Made by a program: the position numbers and the translations under genes. Shown here one piece after another: positions 13,561 through 24,475 of a stretch of DNA of 64,000 nt. Under the pieces are notes generated by a model. It ran no database searches. It was not told the DNA's origin and worked only from the letters and a program-made list of their open reading frames with translations. The stretch's first letter is position 1, and each line of letters starts with the position of its first letter. The DNA is from Octopus sinensis (Eukaryota), in contig NC_043007.1 of assembly GCF_006345805.1 (NCBI RefSeq), positions 16,616,001-16,680,000 on the forward strand. Reading direction: 5' to 3'.

Positions 13561-14499
13561 TACCTCTGTCTAGTTCTCTCCTCAGTTTTAACAAGCCATA
13601 ATCCTATAGCATCCTCAGTGTCTACAAGACTATAAAGCGATTGTATTCAATGTTTAAGCAATCATCATTGTTTGTATGGACACAAACACACACAGACATG
13701 CATAATGCAAGTTGGGTGCTTGTCACTTTCTTGTCTCTAAATCTTCATTGGTGGCTTGTTACTGAGAGGAATAGCTGAGTGTATCTTTCCTTACCAGCCC
13801 ATAGCTTTTTCAGCAACAAACCTTGGGTAATACTTCTTTGTGTTCCCAAGCTGAATTTATTAGGGTTTCAGAAATGGTCTGTTCCTAGTGATATAACCTG
13901 TGGGCTCACTGGTATATGAAATGTCATACTGCTCACCAACAAATTTCCAGCTATGGGTTAAATAGTTCTACTGTCTTGTTACCTTTGGTTAAGATAAATT
14001 TGTTGGAGTAAATCTTGAAAGAAACTCTGGAGTTTCACAGGTAGTCTAGTGTTGTACTCAACACTACTGTCAGCTACTACAGTGAATCTGTTCCCAAGCT
14101 TATTGGTTTCGTTTTTCCTTTGGAAATTATTAGCAATATTGAGAGGTGGGGTTTGATGCTCTGTACACTAATTAAACATCTCCCTGTGAAATGGACAAAT
14201 TATCTACCATAGAGTAATAACATGACTATGGACACATTATTAGAAATATTGAATTTCTAAATGTCTCAGCGAGACATAAGCAGTGGTGGAGCGATATAGT
14301 GGTTGTATACCATCAACTCAATGTGTCAGTCCCATAAGGGAATTACACCATCACCATTTAGCCCTAGGAAACATCGACGTCTCCTGTCGGCTTTGACACA
14401 TTTTCTGTGTCCTTATATTTGCAAAGGGGAGGCAATCACCCCCCGCCAGCGGGAAAAATTGTATTTCAACTGAGGTTTTCAAAAATGGTTTTCCAGTCT

Positions 14500-15000
14500 T
14501 ACTTGAACACCTCTACAAGTCCTCCAGCCAATGTTGGAAAGTGAATGCAGTTCCACAGGTTATGCAGGATACCAGCATTGTCACACTGCAAGAACAGAGC
14601 TGAGAAAACTGAGTGCAATAATTAATTACAGTTTAGCCAACAAATTCTTTATTTAAATAACATTGCTGAAACATCCTGAGTTGCAATGTGGCTTCTGCAC
14701 CGATAGGTCCACCATAGTCATATTTCTATTTATGTGCCTGCCTCGGGAAAAGTGTCAGGAGTAGAATCAACCACTATATTTCACCTTTATTATCCTAGCA
14801 AAAAACTTTCAAGCACCCTTTATAGGTAGAAACAGCCTATTTAAGATTTTACCTACTTGTGCTGCTAAGCATTATGAGGTCTTTCCATGTTGGTATGATG
14901 AGTACTGTGTGATATGAAGGATCGACACCCAAAGAATTTGAAGTGAAGAGTTGAGACAAAAATCTATCCTTACCACAGCACTTTTTGCTATCTTATTTTG
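14500..15000 (+). mobile_element. Degenerate RTE/BovB-like RT fragment
   Basis: CWKVNAVPQVMQDTSIVTL and PELQCGFCTDRST...REKCQE*NQPLYFTFIILAKTF. Confidence 0.8.
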
Positions 15001-15343
15001 TATTATTCTTGAAACTCAGAGTTTTCAGCCAATGATGTCTATTTTCATTTACCTGAGAGCTGTTGACTGATTTTTTTTTTAGTATTGTCAAACTAAAGGT
15101 CAAAACTAAGATAAGGAAAGTTATCATTGGAGACCTACTGTTTTGTGATGCTACAACTATTTCCTCAAACTCTCCTGAAAGTTTACAAAATCTTAAGCAG
15201 AGATTCTCTAGAGCTTGTGACCTATTCCTATTTGGTCTCACACTCTGTCTCAAGAAGTCCCAAGTTTTAGGGATAAGGCACTTCAGCATCTCTTCATATT
15301 AAGATCAAATGTAAGGAACTTGATGTGGTATATGTGTGTGTGT

Positions 15344-15344
15344 A

Positions 15345-15403
<59 letters not shown>
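15344..15403. repeat. (CT)n(CA)n compound microsatellite. Many others, e.g. (TA)n 692-733, (GT)n 17497-17542, (ATT)n 29764-29816, (CT)n(AT)n 42975-43070, (TA)n 46823-46928
   Basis: Read directly. Confidence 0.95.
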
Positions 15404-15408
<5 letters not shown>

Positions 15409-16876
15409 AATTCATTTAACTTAATACAAAAAAAAAAACAAGAAAATATAAAATATGAATGAAGAGTTATAAAAAGATGAATTTGCATTTTTGGAAAGTG
15501 AAACATTGTCAACATATTTTGTATTCTTTAATTTTCATAATTTCTCCTGTTTTGGTAACAGGATGCATTCATTCCTGGGTTGGGATTAAAAAATTTTTTC
15601 TTCTTTAGAAGTATTGTGTAGAAGTACAGTAAATGTGAAGCAATAGAGATAGGCTCTCAGCAAGCAGAGTCTGGTTGACCTGGTTTCCAGTTTCCATTTA
15701 TATTATTCATTGTGCTTAGTTCTTAAGCACTACACATTAGTCTGCTTGCTTCAGTCTGCCTAACTGAAATAAGCATTAAAAATGTTCTCCACAGTTGAAT
15801 GGCTACTCTTGATAAAAGACACTCTGTAATTTATAAATATATTTGCTTCCAACACTTTAGATACAAAAATATTAGAAATATTCAAGATTCAGTTAGCAGA
15901 CTGTCATTAATTATAAAGATGAAAATTTCTTTAAAAAAAAAAAAGAAAAAGTTAATATGCCAGTATTTAATGATGTTTATTGTCGTTAACATTGGGTTAA
16001 CTAACATGTTACTGGTGTTGTCTCACCTGAACCTTGTCACTCGAATTCTTACACGGAAGTGGGCATGGCTGTGTGGTTAAGAAGCTTGCTTTGCAACCAC
16101 ATTGTTTCAGGTTCAGTTCCACTGCATGGCACCATGAGCAAGTGTCTTCTATTATGGTTGCAGGTTGACCAAGGCCTTGTGAGTGGATTTAGTGAACAGA
16201 AATTGTGTGAAAGTCCACTGTATGTTTGTGTGCTTGTCAACTGCTGTTGGTTTCTTTACATCCCCATAACTTAGTTTATTGATCTCTTTTTACCAAACAG
16301 TTAAGTACTAGACTTGAAGAGAAGTGCTGGGGTTAATTTGCTTGACTAGACCCTTCACACATGCTGGGACACTGCCTTAATCCTAACCCTAACCCTAATT
16401 TCAGTCATTGGACCACAGTATAGCCATGGTCCAATGACTGAAAAAAAAAAAGAAAAAAGATAACCCACACTTATAAATTATAAATCTTCCAGTAGGCTGG
16501 TCTCATTTAGTTGAACCTTCAAAGCAAAGTCTTCATGTCTTACTGAATACTAAAGTACAGATCTCTTCTATTAAGATATTTAATGAATTAGTAGTGGGAA
16601 GAATTCATTGATACATTCAGGTGTAGATATCATATGTAAACTTATATTACTGGCATGTCTTCCTTTGGTTGGCTAGCATTAGTTAAAAAAAATTATTACA
16701 AGGGCTGCTATTTTATAAGTAAACTGTAAAGATGTAATAACAAGGCACTACCATTGTAAGATTGTAGACTGGAGAAAATGAGGTGAGATTAAAACTTTAT
16801 GGCAGAAAAAAAATTCACAAGTTGTAGCTTATGTTTATTTGATTTTTGATTTTTTTTTTTTTTTTTTGTCTTACAG

Positions 16877-16974
16877 AAACAGGACCCTACTCAATTTTTA
16901 CGGGTATATGGACGTCCATATAAGATACATTTGGACCCTGCTGTTGCATTATCTGCGGAATCACCCCAAAGCAT
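16877..16974 (+). CDS. CLASRP: CLASRP coding exon 2 (KQDPTQFLRVYGRPYKIHLDPAVALSAESPQS-M), phase 0/2
   Basis: ttacag|AAA acceptor, AT|gtaagt donor. Matches recalled human CLASRP KKDPAQFLQVHGRACKVHLDSAVALAAESPVNM. Confidence 0.93.
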
Positions 16975-17495
16975 GTAAGTTGAAGGCTTTCTTTTTTTTT
17001 TTTTTCCCATGTCTACTGAAAATATAAGGGTGACGCATAATTGTATTTCATTTGAAATACTTCAAGTTTTTGGTGTGTTTTTGCGTGTATAGATACACAC
17101 ACACACACTCTCTAATTATCATTTTACATTTGTATTTTCATGCTGGCATGGATTGTGTGGGTTGTCACCGACTTAATTCCCATTCAGTTATCTCCCCCCC
17201 CCCCAAGCCTTTGCTGGCCAGGAACCATACTGTGCTTGTACATGCCATTTCTGGCATGTTTTCTATGACTGGCTTCTCTTAACTTTTCCGCCCACTTTCA
17301 GAAGGTACTGGGTGCATTTTATCATGGTACTAGCTTTACATATATGGTTGTGTGGTTAAGGTGTTTACTTCTCAACCGTATGGCTTCAGGATCAGTCCCG
17401 CTGTGCAGTGCCATGGACAAATATCTACTACTGTAGTCCCATACCATCCAAAGCCTTGTGAGTGGATTTGGTACGTGGAAATCATAAGAGGACTC

Positions 17496-17543
<48 letters not shown>

Positions 17544-18619
17544 TTGTGCTCACTTGTATGGAAGTTCCAACATGTGAACAGTGTTTCTGTTATTGCAATT
17601 CTCTTACTAACAAATTATTCGGTTGGAGCTCTGTGAAATAAGAGATATCTTGAAAACTGAAAAAGGTCAACAAAAAGGAGGACACCCACCTGAAAAACAG
17701 TAACATATTTGTCTAACCTATGCAAGCATGGAAAAATGGACATTAAAATTAATGTATGTATGTATGCATGCATGATTGTATTTATGTATGTTCTCTTCTG
17801 ATTTTGATTATTTAAGCCCTTCCTCTGGGGAAGGAGCTGGTTTCTAACTAACATACAGATCTCCATTGTTGGAATGTAGATAATGAAAACAATACCATAT
17901 TTTAAACTTGAGAAAAGTCTTGCATATTTTTACCATTCCATTTATAGATTGTATTTGTAATGTTGAAGTTGACTGGTTTCTTTTTCTGGAAATCCAAGTT
18001 TATCTAGACTGTCAGCTAAGCATTTGCTCACAAAACCAACTGCACCAATTATGAGTGATTTAAATATAAATTTGTAATCCGGATATAAAAGCTGGAGGTT
18101 TCAGAGCAGTTATCCATAGTTATCTCTCTGCTTTTCAAGTGTGTGTGTGTGTGTGTGTTTGGATAGATGGTCCTTGTCAAGCATCTGAATACGTTGAGGA
18201 AATTTAGAATTTTGTGAAATATTTTTTGATATAAGGATAAAAAGTAAATCGTCTACTAGTGGCATGTAAAAAGCACCCAACCTACTGTTAATTGGTTGGT
18301 GTTAGGAAGGGCATCCAGCCGTAGAAACAATGCTTCAACAGACAACTGGAGTCTGGATAGCTCCATGTCAAACCATCCAACCCATGCCAGCATAGGGAGC
18401 AGATGCTAAACGATGATGATATTTGCAAGTAACCAAGTTAATTTATATTATGTTACATAAATGATGGAATATTTTTATAATTTCAACTTCTACATGACAT
18501 TTAAGATACAGCTGCTTATATCAATATTTTATAAATTTATGGAATTGTCTCAAATTATCGCTTTACATAGCAATAGGCTCACATTCTAGAAGACATCAAC
18601 TCAGTTAAATTTATCTGGT

Positions 18620-18850
18620 GGTGGTGGTGCTGTCCACAAAGCTTCTCTATTCTCAGACAAGTGGATACAAATCATTTGGCAGATCTGGCAGACCTCATGC
18701 CAACACTGTGCAAACTCACTGTATGTGTATGATTCAGTGCCTTTGTACCGCATCCCGCTTACATTTAGCAGTGCCATTGAAGCACGGTTGTCAGCAAAGC
18801 AAAATGCAATAAGATATTTGTTGTAGGAAGATTTCAATCTCATTGCAAAA
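18620..18850 (-). pseudogene. Possible hAT (Charlie/Buster-like) transposase remnant
   Basis: Minus strand AFCFADNRASM (cf. TDGAPSM) followed, in another frame, by QRH*IIHIQ (cf. HCIIHxQ). Confidence 0.4.
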
Positions 18851-19059
18851 CATACAGCAAAAACAACCAGCGTATCGGGGCCAAAAAACGTGTCTTGGGT
18901 TGTTTTCAGTCTTGTTGGGTGATTAAAAAATTAGGTCAAGGAGGACTTGTTTAACTCCGTAGCATTTAGATTACTCTGGCATGGCTGTGTGGTTAAGAAG
19001 CTGGCTTGCCAACCACTTGGTTCCAGGTTAAAGCTATAAACCCTAAAACCTACCAGGGT

Positions 19060-19290
19060 ATTACTGAAGAAGTTGTCCACTCTCATCGGTATTAGTTCCT
19101 CCTGTGCTCTGAAGCACATAGGGCAGTATGTTGATGCCATTGGTTCCTGTTGGCTGTAGTTTTAGTTTTCTCTGCATCTAGTCATGTGAACTAAAAGTAC
19201 AAACATCAATATTATACTGCTCTCATATCGGTTACAAATATTCTACTGTTCCTTATAGTTTTCAGTCTTCCTCTCTTTCCCTCCGGTGAA
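19060..19290 (-). mobile_element. RTE LINE 3' end remnant
   Basis: Minus strand GKRGRLKT...ANRNQW...ALCASEHRRN*, resembling the RTE ORF C-terminus. Confidence 0.5.
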
Positions 19291-19371
19291 GTCCATTTGA
19301 AAGATGCTTTGGTCTGATAGCTGGAGTATGTAGCTTGCTAGTTTTAATCTTCATTCTGTGATTCTTTAAGG

Positions 19372-19785
19372 CCGTGAGCTGGCAGAATTGTTAGCACGCC
19401 CGGGTGAAATGCTTAGCGGTATTTCGTCTGCTGCTACGTTCTGAGTTCAAATTCCACCAAGGTCAACTTAGCCTTCATCCTTTCGGGGTCGATTAAATAA
19501 GTACCAGTTATGCACTGGAGTCGATGTAATCGACTTAATACCTATGTCTGTGCTTGTTTGTCCCCTCTATGTTTAGCCCCTTGTGAGTAATAAAGAAATA
19601 GGTATTTCGTCTGCCACTACATTCTGTGTTCAAATTCCACCCAGGTCAACTTAGCCTTTCATCCTTTCGGGGTCGATTAAGTAAGTACCAGTTACGCACT
19701 GCGGTCAATGTAATCAACTTAATCCCTTTGTCCGTCCTTGTTTGTCCCCTCTTTATTTAGTCCCTTGTGGGCAATAAAGAAATAA
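19372..19785 (+). mobile_element. tRNA-derived SINE (GGCGGTGAGCTGGCAGAA family) as a head+body+body dimer. Other copies near 1862, 43100, 49505, 54185, 56325(+), 57835(-)
   Basis: A box TGGCAGAAxxGTTAG, B box GAGTTCAAATT, body CCTTTCATCCTTTCGGGGTCGAT...AAGTACCAG, tail CCCCTTGTGGGCAATAAAGAAATA. Confidence 0.88.
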
Positions 19786-19829
19786 TTTAATCCCCATTCT
19801 GTGATAATTTTGCTAAGTTGCCTACTCAT

Positions 19830-20275
19830 ATACTCATCCATAATAGCACTATATTCCAACTGGATGGTACACCATGACATTCTGCAAAATATGTGAAAAA
19901 CTGGCTCAGAACTAATTTGGTTGATAGACAGAATCAAATCCTGGCTTGAACCTTACAGAAAATGCAAAGGGTCACATCAAAATGCAAATTGCAGCTTATA
20001 ATGCTTCAGCAATTTCAGATTTAAAATAGCAGACGTTGCAGGAAATAGCTGCAGATTACTGCAAAAAATTGCTTGAAATCATGCCTGACTGCATTGCTGC
20101 TGTATTGCAGGCAGAGAGGAATACCATTCCAAGTATCGAGCAGAATGATATTGATGTTTGTACTTTTAGTTAACCGTTCTCAATTTATCTGCTTCTGTTA
20201 TTAGAAAATACATTCCTTATTTTTTTATCTTCATGACCTTATTTTTGCTTTTATTCAGACTTTTGACCATGGTTT
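19830..20275 (+). pseudogene. Tc1-family transposase C-terminal remnant with 3' terminus
   Basis: FQLDGTP*HSAKYVKNWL (DNAPCH-like), NPGLNLTEN (SPDLNPIEN-like), KLLEIMPDCIAAVLQA, and terminal CAGACTTTTGACC. Confidence 0.75.
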
Positions 20276-20335
20276 TGTGCGTGCGTGCTGTGTACACACA
20301 CAATGTTTATGGATATATATATATATATATATATA

Positions 20336-20691
20336 CTAGCAGTATCGCCCGGCGTTGCTCGGGTTTGTAAGGGAGATAACTATATAAGCATTTTAGAGAG
20401 TTATAGCCAAAAAATAGCAAAAAATGCATTAAAAATGAAAAAAAATTATGGTAAATTTTTTTTAAATCGTTGACTCATCGTAGACATTTTTAGAAAGTTA
20501 CTTCCCTTATATAATAGCGAAAAAATGCATTAAAATGGAAAAAAAATGATGGTAATTTTTTTTTTAAATCGTAGACTCATCGTAGACTATAAGATACCCG
20601 GTTTTGGTTAAACTGCACCGCAAAATGTGGGAGTAGTTAGGAATCTAAATCGTAGGAGACAGACACACAACCTTACTTTTATATATAAAGA
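20336..20691 (-). mobile_element. Non-autonomous Helitron inserted in (TA)n
   Basis: Minus strand begins TC, ends with hairpin CCCGAGCAACGCCGGG followed by ...CTAG, and sits between A and T. Contains an internal ~115 bp imperfect duplication. Confidence 0.85.
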
Positions 20692-20696
20692 TATAT

Positions 20697-20754
<58 letters not shown>

Positions 20755-21799
20755 ATAATGATGATGTGGTGTGTTGGTTTTTATCTTTGGCAGCCAGTCA
20801 TATTAGCGTGGTTAAAAAGTCTGCTACTGGACCACATAGTTTCAGACTCAGTCCTATGGCATGGCACCTTGGTCAAATGTCTTTTACCATAGTCCTGGGC
20901 TGAACAAAACCTTGTGAGTAGATTTGAAAGATACCTGTCATTATACATATATATATATATATATGTACATATGGTTCTTCCCAACTCATAGGCTCATAAG
21001 GCTGGTTTCCTAGATTCTGTGACATATATATTCTTCCCTGGATGGCATGCTGATCCATTGCAGGATTATTCATTTTTGCCAGCTGGGTGAGCTGGAGCAA
21101 TGTGAAATGAAGTGTTTTGCTCAAAAGCACAACATGTCACCTAGCCCAGGAATTGAAACCACAAAGCCATGTCCCTGCATGTCATGCGTATATGTCGTGC
21201 CGGTGGAACGTATAAAGCACCAACCGATCATGACCGTTGCCAGCCTCCCCTGGCACCTGTGCTTGGTGGCATGTAAAAAGCACCCACTACACTTACGGAG
21301 TGGTTGGTGTTAGGAAGGGTATCCAGCTGTAGAAACTCTGCCAGATCAGACTGGATCCTGGTGCAGTCTCCTGGCCTCCCAGACCCCAGTCAAACCATCC
21401 AACTCATGTTAGCATGGAAAACGGACATTAAACGATGATGATGATGATGTGTGTGTGTATGTATTTGTCTGTATCTCTTTGCCTTGATATTGTGTGATAA
21501 ATGAATGGCATTCTTTCCAATACTCTGCAAAAACCGTGCCTGGCTCTAAGGAAATATTACCTTGCTTGGAAACAGTTAAGTGTTGGCGACAACAAGGATA
21601 TCCAGCCATAGAAAATCTACCTCCATAAACTCCATCCAACCTATTCAAGCATAGAAAAGTGAATGTTGATTGTGTGTGTGTGTGTGTACACACAACATAC
21701 ATAAAATCTTATTTGAAAAATCCATTATTTTCAATCTTTTCCTTAATTCATTTATACTTTGTCTTCAAAAGCTATTTGAACCAGGCAGTTACACCGGTT

Positions 21800-22310
21800 A
21801 CTAGAAATAGCAACTGCACATTCTTGGAACTATACCCTTAAAGAAAAGGAAGAACATAAATGTAGTTCTAAATTACACTACTATTGTATAATAGTCTGGA
21901 TTGTTGAGATTGGAATGCCTTTTATCATTATTCTGCTGGATCGAGGACTGACTTAACCTAGACAGCAGTTAAATAGTTATGCGTAGATAAAGAGATTATG
22001 TATCATAATATTGTTTGATGTATGCAAGAAAGCTGTGTTTATATAACTGTATGAAATGTAGACTATACATGTTGGGTAAAGCCATTAATAGTACAGGTAA
22101 CTGGGACACACAAAATGAACCGTTACACATTTAGAGTAAGGGGTAGTTTTCTTCTAAATGTAGACGATGATGTCACTTAATGATGAATGGTTTGGCAGTG
22201 TTACAAGTATCTAAACAGAGAGGCTGGAGGTGAAATTGTAGAATGTAGAGTGAACAAGATCCTTTCAACCAGGAATTACCATTGATAAGCACAGTGTTCT
22301 GACGTACATA
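21800..22310 (+). mobile_element. Highly degenerate RTE 3' region
   Basis: EWFGSVT (cf. RWFGHV) and a YGCETWT-like remnant. Confidence 0.4.
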
Positions 22311-22869
22311 TAACCACCACCACCACCATCATCATCATAACATCTACTTTTCTGTGTTCGCATAGGTTGGACAGAATTTGTTGTAGATCTTCTATGACCA
22401 GATGCCTTTCCTGTCACCAACTCTCACCTGTTTCCAAACAGTAATATTTCCCCATGCCTAGGCATATTTTTTGCAAAATATTGGAAATAATATTGCTTGT
22501 ATGACAGTGACACTCATTTATAACTATCAGGCATTGTCAAGACAAGGAGTCACAAACATACACACACTCACATACCTATACACACACACACACACACACA
22601 CACACATATGTTGGGCTCTTTCAGTTTCCATCTACCAAATCCACTCACAAAGCTTTGGTTGGCCCAAGGCTATGGTAGAAGACTCTTGCCCATGGTGCCA
22701 CACTGTAGGGCTAAACCTGAAACCATGTTAAGAAGCAAGCTTCTTGACCACAGCCATGCCTACACCTGTGTGTGTAAGCTCTGAAGAAAGGGACTGTGCC
22801 CTTGGTCTTCACAAGGCTCTCAGATTTTGAGAGTGACGACATTAATGTCCCTCTTAAATTTTTATAATT

Positions 22870-23758
22870 TGAATGCTGGAAAAACATTTACAGAGGAAGG
22901 AATTTCTGAGGGCCAGTATTCTGGAAAGAAAGGATTGTGTAGCGAATGCAATAGTGTGGTTGTTAACAGAATCAAAGGAGTTCTAGAGAGAGGGAGAGAT
23001 TGAAAAGCTTGTTGAGAACAGGGATATTTTGTTTGGGGTGGAAGGGACATTGTCAGGGTTGGTGGCTTTGTTGGTTTGAAGCAGCTGGAGGAACTTTTGC
23101 ACTTGATATGCAAGTGTGCATAATGATGCAGCTGGTGTAGTGGAAGAGGATAATTTTGGAGATTTACCTAGTACATGCTGTATGGTGTTGGATGTGGAGT
23201 AAGCTGCACATTTAGAGACTTCCTCCACAGGGGTACTGCTTACGAAATCTTTATGGTTGAGAAATAGAAGAAAGGAGAATTTTTGGAAAAGAACCAAAAG
23301 TATTGGGTGTAATTTGAGACAGGGGATAGCTTTCAAGCTGTGTTTTATTGCACAAAGGTACCCTTCATGGTTTTCAAGCTGATCTTGCAGTAGTTGCATT
23401 TCTGGGGGTATTTGGAGCTATAAGCCTGTTGTGTGCGGGATGTGGAAGAATATGCTGGAGAGGATGGTTTCACTCACCTGCTCAGCTATTTCTGTTGGGT
23501 CAAAGGTAAAACATATCTGTTACCAGGGATAGCATAAAATTGATGGAGCTACATCCAATCAGTTGATTTGATGTGCCATCAAGTTCAGCTAGGCATAGGA
23601 GTGGCTGTGTGGTAAGTAGCTTGCTTACCAACTACATGGTTCTGGGTTCAGTCCCACTGTGTGGCACCTTGGGCAAGTGTCTTCTACTATAGCCTCGGGC
23701 TGACCAAAGCCTTGTGAGTGGGTTTGGTAGATGGAAACTGAAAGAAGCCCATCGTATA

Positions 23759-23855
<97 letters not shown>

Positions 23856-24475
23856 TGTGTTTACGTCCCCGTAACTTACCAGTTCGGCAAAAGAGACTGA
23901 TAGAATAAATACTAGGCTTACAAAGAAAATGTCCTGGGGTCGATTTGCTTGACTAAAGGCAGTGCTCCAGCATGGCCACAGTCAAATGACTGAAACAAGT
24001 AAAAGAGTAGTGGGGAAGGGATATTGTGTAGTGTATGGATATGAGTAATGGACGGTCTTAATTAGGCAGTTGTTGGATGATCTGAGAAGTGCAGAAATGA
24101 GTTTGGTTTTGAGTTGAGTAGAGGTTGGGTTTGGAGGAGAGAAAGCGATGAAGGATCTGTGTGTTGGTCAGAAATACATGTAGAGAATTGAAGATTACAA
24201 AAGATTCAATTTAAGAACTAGTGGTGTCAGTATAGAATGAATATGAAAACCAAGAAGAGTTATAAGTATTGAAATCACTGTGGACAGTGACTTTGTAGAA
24301 GGGTGAAGTAAAATAAGATGTTTTCAATGCTGGAAGTGACACAGTCAAACAGTTGTTGATAGTTGGAGGACAGTGGAGGAAATCTGTATTTGAGGGTGGG
24401 AAATTTTCAACAAGAGGAATTGAAGTCTTTGTAGCTAATATCCAAGTGAGAGAAGTGAGCTGCAGGAAGTGTGGA
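22870..24475 (-). mobile_element. Degenerate L2/CR1/Jockey-group LINE (APE endonuclease to RT start), split by a SINE at ~23597-24008
   Basis: Minus strand YRFPP, HSDFNTYNSSW (GDFN-like), LQTNKATNPDNVP (KAxGPDxIP-like). Confidence 0.7.

Noticed and set aside
15968-16030. Second C/D-like box pair with an 8-nt match to recalled 28S sequence
   Set aside because: The guide match is too short and there is no terminal stem.
16383-16399. CCTAACCCTAACCCTAA telomere-like motif
   Set aside because: Under three units and inside a SINE tail.
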